Source of the DNA: Flammeovirgaceae bacterium UBA1842
GTDB lineage: Bacteria > Bacteroidota > Bacteroidia > Cytophagales > Cyclobacteriaceae
NCBI GenBank assembly: GCA_002338655.1
Contig: DDIU01000049.1
Coordinates: 2,830 to 66,829 of the forward strand
Reading direction: 5' to 3'
DNA: 64,000 bases
This document shows positions 58,016 to 64,000 of this stretch, in pieces (the stretch's first letter is position 1; the number at the start of each line of letters is the position of its first letter). The position numbers and the translations under genes were made by a program. The notes under the pieces were generated by a model. It was not told the origin of the DNA. It did not search any database and worked only from the letters and a program-made list of their open reading frames with translations.

Positions 58016-58032
58016 TACAAACGGAGTGCCAA
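58016..58032 (-). promoter_or_regulatory. Sigma54 -24/-12 promoter
   Basis: Minus strand reads TTGGCAC-TCCGT-TTGTA, with canonical spacing and GT instead of GC at -12. Confidence 0.6.
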
Positions 58033-58114
58033 AAAATATTCATCAATCAAATCGCTTATTTAACGCATTAAATGGCCTTTTTGAAACATTTAGGTGGTTT
58101 CTATTAATTGATAT

Positions 58115-58154
58115 AATTCACGATATATCGTGAATTCCCAATATATCGTGAATT
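58115..58154. promoter_or_regulatory. Tandem enhancer (UAS) palindromes
   Basis: Perfect 22-bp palindrome AATTCACGATATATCGTGAATT (58115-58136) and an overlapping copy with 2 mismatches (58133-58154). Confidence 0.65.
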
Positions 58155-61100
58155 ATGGACGTTGGATTTCCAGTTTTTTCATCCGGCTTTCAAGGGTCGT
58201 GGGTTTAAGGCCGAGGATTTGTGCAGCACCGTTCTCTCCACTTATTTTCCAGTTTGTTTTTTGCAACACTTTTATAATATAGTTGCGCTCTACTTTACTC
58301 AGGCTTTCAAGCTTCTCGTCAGAAGGCAAGGCTTTTTGGTTGGTCATGAACCAGTCCCCGAGCTTAAGCTGATTTGAGGGGCTAATTATTAGTGCCCTTT
58401 CTATGATATTTTCCAATTCACGCACATTACCCGGCCAGTTATATTTTTCCAGTTGGTTGATAATGCTTTGAGGTATTTTATTGATCTGTTTACCAAGTTT
58501 CAAATTATATTTTTGCACAAAGTGGTTAACCAATAATCTAATATCATCTTTCCTGTTTCTAAGTGGTGGCACATTTATAGGAAAGACATTTAACCTGTAA
58601 TAGAGATCAGAGCGGAATGTGCCTTCTTCAACCGCCTTCCCAAGGTCTTTGTTAGTAGCTGCTATCAGCCTTACATCAACATTAATGGTCTTAGTGCCCC
58701 CCAACCGTTCGAACTCCCCTTCCTGCAACGCACGAAGTAGCTTGGGCTGAAGTTCCAAGGGCATTTCGCCTACTTCATCAAGAAAAAGTGTCCCACCGTT
58801 GGCCAATTCAAATCGTCCCTGCTTCATGCCAGTAGCCCCTGTGAAGGCTCCTTTTTCATACCCAAACAGCTCACTTTCAATTAACGTTGCCGGTAGTGCA
58901 GCACAATTAATCTTAATTAATGGCTTGTCTTTTCTCAAGCTCAAATTATGAATGGCCTTTGAGATTACTTCCTTACCAGTTCCAGTTTCACCCAAAATAA
59001 GTACTGTGGATGCGGTTTTGGCCACATGTTCCATCTCAATCAATACTTTCTTGAAGTTCTTATCCTGACTGATGATATTTTCAAAATTATCTCCGGATTC
59101 AATTTCTTCCTTCAAATAAATATTTTCCGCCTCAAGCTTATCCTTAAGATTCTCTACTTCTTCGAGTGCATCCTGCAACTCAATGTTAGTCTTTGAAAGC
59201 TCCATGGTCCTGTCTTTAACCTGTTTTTCAAGACTGTCATTCATCTGTTTAAGACTAGTTTCAAAATTTACCCTTTCAATAGTATTGATGATTACCTCTG
59301 CCACCAATTTCAGTAGCACTATGTCATTGATCGACCAATTTTTGGTCTGTTCAGAGTCAAACCCAAGAAATCCATAGGTCCTATTTTGAACGACCATGGG
59401 TACATTAAGCATAGATTTTATGCCATGATGATGAAAAACATCTTTGAATGTAGCTATATCCTCCTCTGTATCATCTATATCTGGAATAAGTAATAATTTT
59501 TTACTGTCCAGCAACTCAAATGGCCATGGGTAATCTATTCGCAGAACGTTTTGAAAATCGGATTTCAGCGGAATTATGTTTTCAGCCACCCATTCATGTG
59601 TGGTAGAAGCAGATTTACCATCATCGCTTAATTTAAAAATATAGCTTCTATCAGCAATAACATGCTGACCTATTTTTGAAAGAGCCCAGTCAATATTTTC
59701 AGAAAGATTAGCTGCACTGGCGTTGATAAATCTGGACGAAATATCAGATACCAACCCTTCTAGCTCAAGCCGGATTTTTAATTCACTTTCTATTCTCTTT
59801 CTTTCCAGTTCCAACCCTATACGATTGGCACTGATTTTCAGCAATGATTCCACCCAAGGTCTCTTTTCCATAGGTTTATCATCAATCACAAAAAAATGTC
59901 CGATTAACCTTTTTCCAGAATCATGAACCGGTACACCCAAATATCCCTCTGCTTTTATATGCTGAAGAAAACTGTCTCCGGGAAACTTTGATGCCACTCC
60001 CTCCCTATAATAGGTCAACCCTTCTTTAAATACCCTTTCACTAGGAACTCCATCTACCTTTATCCGAAATGGAGCCTCAAAATGACCCTTGTCCCACAAG
60101 GTTATAATCTCTATTTCCTCCTGACTGTGATCTAATATTTGAGAGATACCTACACACCTAGCATTCAATATAGAGGCCGTTTGCTCTATAAAATTTGGAA
60201 TGAAATCCATGTGAGACTTGGAAAGTGCCCCCTCAAGCATCTGGCTTAATGTTTTTTCAATATGCTTTTCTTCAGAAATAAGCTGAATAATGACAAATAT
60301 TCCTTCCTCCTGATCCATTGAAAAATACGAAGCTGATACTTCAGCGGCCATCGATTCCCCCCTGCTGTTGCTGAAAATCAAATGGTCGGTCAGTCCCATT
60401 TTGTTTTTCATTACAGCATTGAGCAATTCATCTATTACTTCGTGCTGACCTGGCAAAAATGATGATATTTTATCCCCGATCAATTCCTGTTCACTTACAC
60501 CAAGTAGTTCTGCTGTTTTAGCATTTGTCTCAGCTATGGTCTGTCCCTTAGATTCAAGAACAATAATGGCATCATTTGAAAATTTCAGAATGTTTTGAAA
60601 TTTTACCTGACTATAAGCAAGTGCTTGCTTCGATTGCTCTACAAAATCTTTATGGATTTTTTTATTACGATTTTCAGCTTCGATCCTATCCGTGATGTCT
60701 AGGCTGCTGCCTATCATTCTGGTTGCCTTTCCTTTATCATTTCTTGATAGCACAATGCCTCGGTCTTTAAACCATCTATATTCACCTGATTTTAGTTTCA
60801 ATCGGTGCTCTGACTCATATTTTTCTGTTAGCCCTTTCAAATGATCCTGTAACCTTATTCTATATTTGTCAATGTCATCGGGATGAATGATATCCTCTAG
60901 CCGATCAAGGAAATGGAGCAATTCCTTCTGCTGATAACCTAGATTATCGGCAAACTGTTGGCTAAAAACAGTATTGCCAGAGCTAATATCCCAATCCCAA
61001 ACACCTTCATTTAAAATTTCAAGACCCAGCTTCCACCTTTCATGGTTCAAGCGGATTTCCTGTTCCATTTGCCTTTTGGAACTTATATCCGTGATAAAAG

Positions 61101-61437
61101 AGCAGGCAAATTTATTTCCTTCGAAGTCAATGATATAGGAGATGATTTCAACAGGGATTTCATTGCCGTCTTTTGTTAGCTGAGTAGTCTCAAGTACCAA
61201 TTTTTCTTTTTCGACTAGCTCATCAAAATGCAGCTTAAAGCTCTTAATGGAAAATTCAGGGTTTATTTCAGGCACTTTACTGCCCACGAGCTCTTTATTG
61301 GTATACCCCAGCATACTACAAGCAGCCTTATTGACATGGGTGATTTGGGCGTGTGAATTCACCCAATATATTGCAATGGGGGCACTTTCTATTGTAAAAT
61401 GAGCCAGACGTTCGGAAATGGCGTTGGCTATATTCAT
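58153..61437 (-). CDS. Sigma54-dependent enhancer-binding protein (3 PAS, 2 GAF, AAA+, Fis HTH; FhlA-like)
   Basis: GETGTGKE, intact [24 protein letters not shown] and [19 protein letters not shown]. Confidence 0.93.
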   Translation of the reverse strand: MNIANAISERLAHFTIESAPIAIYWVNSHAQITHVNKAACSMLGYTNKELVGSKVPEINPEFSIKSFKLHFDELVEKEKLVLETTQLTKDGNEIPVEIISYIIDFEGNKFACSFITDISSKRQMEQEIRLNHERWKLGLEILNEGVWDWDISSGNTVFSQQFADNLGYQQKELLHFLDRLEDIIHPDDIDKYRIRLQDHLKGLTEKYESEHRLKLKSGEYRWFKDRGIVLSRNDKGKATRMIGSSLDITDRIEAENRNKKIHKDFVEQSKQALAYSQVKFQNILKFSNDAIIVLESKGQTIAETNAKTAELLGVSEQELIGDKISSFLPGQHEVIDELLNAVMKNKMGLTDHLIFSNSRGESMAAEVSASYFSMDQEEGIFVIIQLISEEKHIEKTLSQMLEGALSKSHMDFIPNFIEQTASILNARCVGISQILDHSQEEIEIITLWDKGHFEAPFRIKVDGVPSERVFKEGLTYYREGVASKFPGDSFLQHIKAEGYLGVPVHDSGKRLIGHFFVIDDKPMEKRPWVESLLKISANRIGLELERKRIESELKIRLELEGLVSDISSRFINASAANLSENIDWALSKIGQHVIADRSYIFKLSDDGKSASTTHEWVAENIIPLKSDFQNVLRIDYPWPFELLDSKKLLLIPDIDDTEEDIATFKDVFHHHGIKSMLNVPMVVQNRTYGFLGFDSEQTKNWSINDIVLLKLVAEVIINTIERVNFETSLKQMNDSLEKQVKDRTMELSKTNIELQDALEEVENLKDKLEAENIYLKEEIESGDNFENIISQDKNFKKVLIEMEHVAKTASTVLILGETGTGKEVISKAIHNLSLRKDKPLIKINCAALPATLIESELFGYEKGAFTGATGMKQGRFELANGGTLFLDEVGEMPLELQPKLLRALQEGEFERLGGTKTINVDVRLIAATNKDLGKAVEEGTFRSDLYYRLNVFPINVPPLRNRKDDIRLLVNHFVQKYNLKLGKQINKIPQSIINQLEKYNWPGNVRELENIIERALIISPSNQLKLGDWFMTNQKALPSDEKLESLSKVERNYIIKVLQKTNWKISGENGAAQILGLKPTTLESRMKKLEIQRP

Positions 61438-61521
61438 AATATTAATTATCGCTCGTAATGAAATTAGGAGATAATCTCCAATAAACTACAATATAAACAT
61501 CGTTTACAAAAGTAAAACAAG

Positions 61522-61547
61522 AAAGGCCACCTAAATAGGTGGCCTCT
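61522..61547 (-). terminator. Terminator after yfiR copy 2
   Basis: AGGCCACCTA-aa-TAGGTGGCCT stem, followed by a U-rich tail on the minus strand. Confidence 0.75.
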
Positions 61548-61570
61548 CAATTTATTGTGATTTTTATTTT

Positions 61571-62092
61571 CTATATCAGAATAGCCATCGCTGCCAATTG
61601 ACTGGAGGTTTTCAGCCCAGCTTTATCCATTGCGGCTTGATTGAGCTCAAACTTCAGCCTTCCATCAATGACTTTAAAATTAATACAGCTGCCTTTTTCC
61701 CCTAAACCTCTTTTATTGGATACCGTAAGCGTGGCATTTGACTGTATTTTTGCCAATACTTCTTCAAATTGATTGCTGGCACTTGCACCTACATACAATA
61801 ATTGGCAATCAGTAACCTCTGAGGCTGAATTGAACTTTTTAATTATAAATTTCTTCCCTCCACGTTCTTTGTTGCCATACCAAGTGTTCAATGTATTATA
61901 AACATCATCGTCCTTTAGAACACCTATTACAAAATCTCCAGAGTTCTTATCTCCGGGCCATTGGATATACTTCAAAAAGTTATATATCATCATGGAGTGA
62001 AGCTCATGTTCCGCACGACTTTGAGCATGTAATGTATTGTTGATAAACAATACTGAAAAGACTAGTAAAAAACTGATTCTGATAGATTTCAT
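61571..62092 (-). CDS. YfiR/HmsC (DUF4154) family exported protein, copy 2
   Basis: Signal peptide, MIYNFLKYIQWP, CQLLYV, INF and LKFELNQ. Confidence 0.88.
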   Translation of the reverse strand: MKSIRISFLLVFSVLFINNTLHAQSRAEHELHSMMIYNFLKYIQWPGDKNSGDFVIGVLKDDDVYNTLNTWYGNKERGGKKFIIKKFNSASEVTDCQLLYVGASASNQFEEVLAKIQSNATLTVSNKRGLGEKGSCINFKVIDGRLKFELNQAAMDKAGLKTSSQLAAMAILI

Positions 62093-62100
62093 CCTAATAA

Positions 62101-62132
62101 CAAATTTAAAAGACTAAACACAAAACTACAAA
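62101..62132 (-). promoter_or_regulatory. Bacteroidota sigma-A promoter of yfiR copy 2
   Basis: TTTG-N20-TAAATTTG on the minus strand. Confidence 0.55.
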
Positions 62133-62196
62133 ACTCTCATTCATTCTGCGATTGTAAATTGCTGTATGTAAGTTAATTAGCAATTTAACTAAGGAT

Positions 62197-63267
62197 TTAT
62201 TTCATATAACTAAAATCATGCCCATTTTTCAATTCTAATAGAAATGAATTTATTAATTTTATCACATTATCAACATCATCTACGTGTACTGTTTCAACCG
62301 TAGTATGCATGTATTTTAATGGCAGGCTTATCAAAACGGAAGCTACCCCTTGATTTGAATACGCAAAGGCATCCGTATCAGTACCGGTAGCCCTTGAAGC
62401 CGCAGCCCGTTGAAAAGGAATTTTTCTTTTCTCTGCAACATCAATGACCATATTTAACACATTATTATGAACCGCTGGGCCATAAGTTAACACTGGTCCG
62501 CTACCTGCTTTCTGATGACCACTTTCGATCTTATTATACATAGGAGAGGTAGTCTCATGGCATACATCTGTTACAATAGCTAGATTGGGCTTAATCCTTT
62601 CGGCAATCATCTGCGCACCCCTCAAGCCAACCTCTTCCTGCACGGAATTCACAATATATAAGCCAAAATCCAGTTTATTCTTGTTTTCAAAAAGTAATCG
62701 TGCCACTTCTGCAATCATAAAACCTCCCATTCGATTATCAAGGGCACGGCCTACTAGGAACTTCTTGTTCAGCTCTATCAATTCATCATCGAAGGTCATT
62801 ACACAGCCTACATGTACTCCCAACTTCTCCACTTCGTCTTTGGTAGTGCATCCAACATCAACAAAGATATTCTTCAATGAGGGTTGTTCTTCCGTTTTTG
62901 CATTCCGGACATGTATTGCTGGCCACCCAAAAATGCCTTTTACAATTCCTTTTTTTGTAAAAATATTGACCCTTTTTGATGGTGCTATTTGATGGTCTGA
63001 ACCCCCATTCCTTCTCACATAGATATATCCATCATCTGTAATATAATTTACAAACCAAGATATTTCGTCAGCGTGAGCTTCGATTACTACTTTATATTCC
63101 GCCTTGGGGTTTACAACTCCAACAACAGTCCCATAAGTATCTGTAAAATATTCATCAATGTAAGGTCTTATATAATCGAGCCATATCTGCTGGCCTGATT
63201 TTTCGAACCCTGTGGGCGATGAGTTATTTAGGTATTTCTCAAGAAAGCTCTTACTTTTTTTATTCAT
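62197..63267 (-). CDS. M42 family metallopeptidase
   Basis: AHADEI, RALDNRMG, VQEEVGLRGA, TGTDTDA and YMHTTVE. Confidence 0.93.
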   Translation of the reverse strand: MNKKSKSFLEKYLNNSSPTGFEKSGQQIWLDYIRPYIDEYFTDTYGTVVGVVNPKAEYKVVIEAHADEISWFVNYITDDGYIYVRRNGGSDHQIAPSKRVNIFTKKGIVKGIFGWPAIHVRNAKTEEQPSLKNIFVDVGCTTKDEVEKLGVHVGCVMTFDDELIELNKKFLVGRALDNRMGGFMIAEVARLLFENKNKLDFGLYIVNSVQEEVGLRGAQMIAERIKPNLAIVTDVCHETTSPMYNKIESGHQKAGSGPVLTYGPAVHNNVLNMVIDVAEKRKIPFQRAAASRATGTDTDAFAYSNQGVASVLISLPLKYMHTTVETVHVDDVDNVIKLINSFLLELKNGHDFSYMK

Positions 63268-63288
63268 GTTAAGGTTTGACTTTGATAA

Positions 63289-64000
63289 TTATAGTGGAAT
63301 ATTTCCGTGTTTCTTTTTAGGTAATGACGCCACTTTATTTTCAAGCATTTTAAAGGCTTTTATTAATTTAATCCTAGTATTATCAGGGGTTATTACTTCA
63401 TCGATGTAGCCCCTATGTGCTGCCCGATAAGGATTGGCGAACTTTTTAGTGTACTCATCCACTTTTTCCTGAAGTTTGGCTTCTGGGTCGTTAGCTTCAG
63501 CTATTTCCTTCTTGAAGATAATTTCGGCTGCCCCTTTTGCTCCCATTACCGCAATTTCTGCCGTAGGCCAGGCATAGTTCATGTCAGCACCAATATGTTT
63601 GGAATTCATCACATCATAGGCTCCGCCATAAGCTTTACGGGTAATTACTGTTATTCGAGGTACGGTGGCTTCGCTAAATGCATATAACAATTTAGCTCCG
63701 TTGGTGATAATGGCATTCCATTCCTGATCGGTTCCTGGTAAAAATCCTGGAACATCTTCCAAAACTAAAAGGGGTATATTAAAGCAATCACAAAATCTTA
63801 CAAACCTTGCCCCTTTAGTACTTGCATCAATGTCCAGCACACCCGCTAATGAGGCCGGCTGGTTACCAACTATACCTATACTCCGCCCTGCCAATCGAGC
63901 AAAACCTACTACAATATTATCTGCAAAGTTTTTATGGACTTCCAAAAAAGAATCGGCATCTACTATCCCTTCTATAACCTCCCTCATATCATAAGGCTGG
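63289..64000 (-). CDS. Propionyl-CoA carboxylase-type beta subunit, 3' part (5' end beyond the window)
   Basis: [36 protein letters not shown] and KKHGNIPL. Confidence 0.92.
   Translation of the reverse strand, partial: QPYDMREVIEGIVDADSFLEVHKNFADNIVVGFARLAGRSIGIVGNQPASLAGVLDIDASTKGARFVRFCDCFNIPLLVLEDVPGFLPGTDQEWNAIITNGAKLLYAFSEATVPRITVITRKAYGGAYDVMNSKHIGADMNYAWPTAEIAVMGAKGAAEIIFKKEIAEANDPEAKLQEKVDEYTKKFANPYRAAHRGYIDEVITPDNTRIKLIKAFKMLENKVASLPKKKHGNIPL

Overview
Ordinary chromosomal DNA from an AT-rich Bacteroidota bacterium, most likely Cytophagales. This rests on TAnnTTTG (-7) sigma-A promoter boxes, type IX secretion (T9SS) cargo and accessory genes, and Bacteroidota-type housekeeping genes: ilvE, rnhB, plsC, gatC, gcvT, dtd, folB, lysS, an LptD-like gene, a proline dehydrogenase and a pheA-DAHP synthase/CM-aroB-aroA operon. 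No rRNA, tRNA, CRISPR array or prophage was seen. Accessory features: (1) an excisionase-HTH plus PIN toxin-antitoxin pair at the left edge, next to a REP-like hairpin cluster. (2) A truncated ECF41-like sigma factor with a matching promoter in front of an acyl-lipid desaturase. (3) An operon of lipoprotein, TIGR03032/DUF4915 and a 1338-aa FG-GAP/LRR/Ig T9SS protein that has an unusual 66-aa basic extension ahead of its signal peptide. (4) A lone HUH/Y1 transposase without tnpB, embedded in an array of paired double-hairpin REP elements (RAYT/REPIN-like). (5) A 2072-aa type-B-CTD adhesin with four Cys/His motifs separated by poly-Asp linkers, nine 324-bp tandem repeats and seven ~83-aa repeats, followed by its own PorP/SprF and an OmpA-PD40 gene. 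(6) A PAS/GAF sigma54 activator flanked by two YfiR paralogues, with a visible tandem enhancer and -24/-12 promoter driving yfiR and a frameshifted PAS histidine kinase. (7) A 59-aa ORF missed by the ORF track, antisense within the aro operon. All family calls come from motif recognition by eye; no database searches were run.
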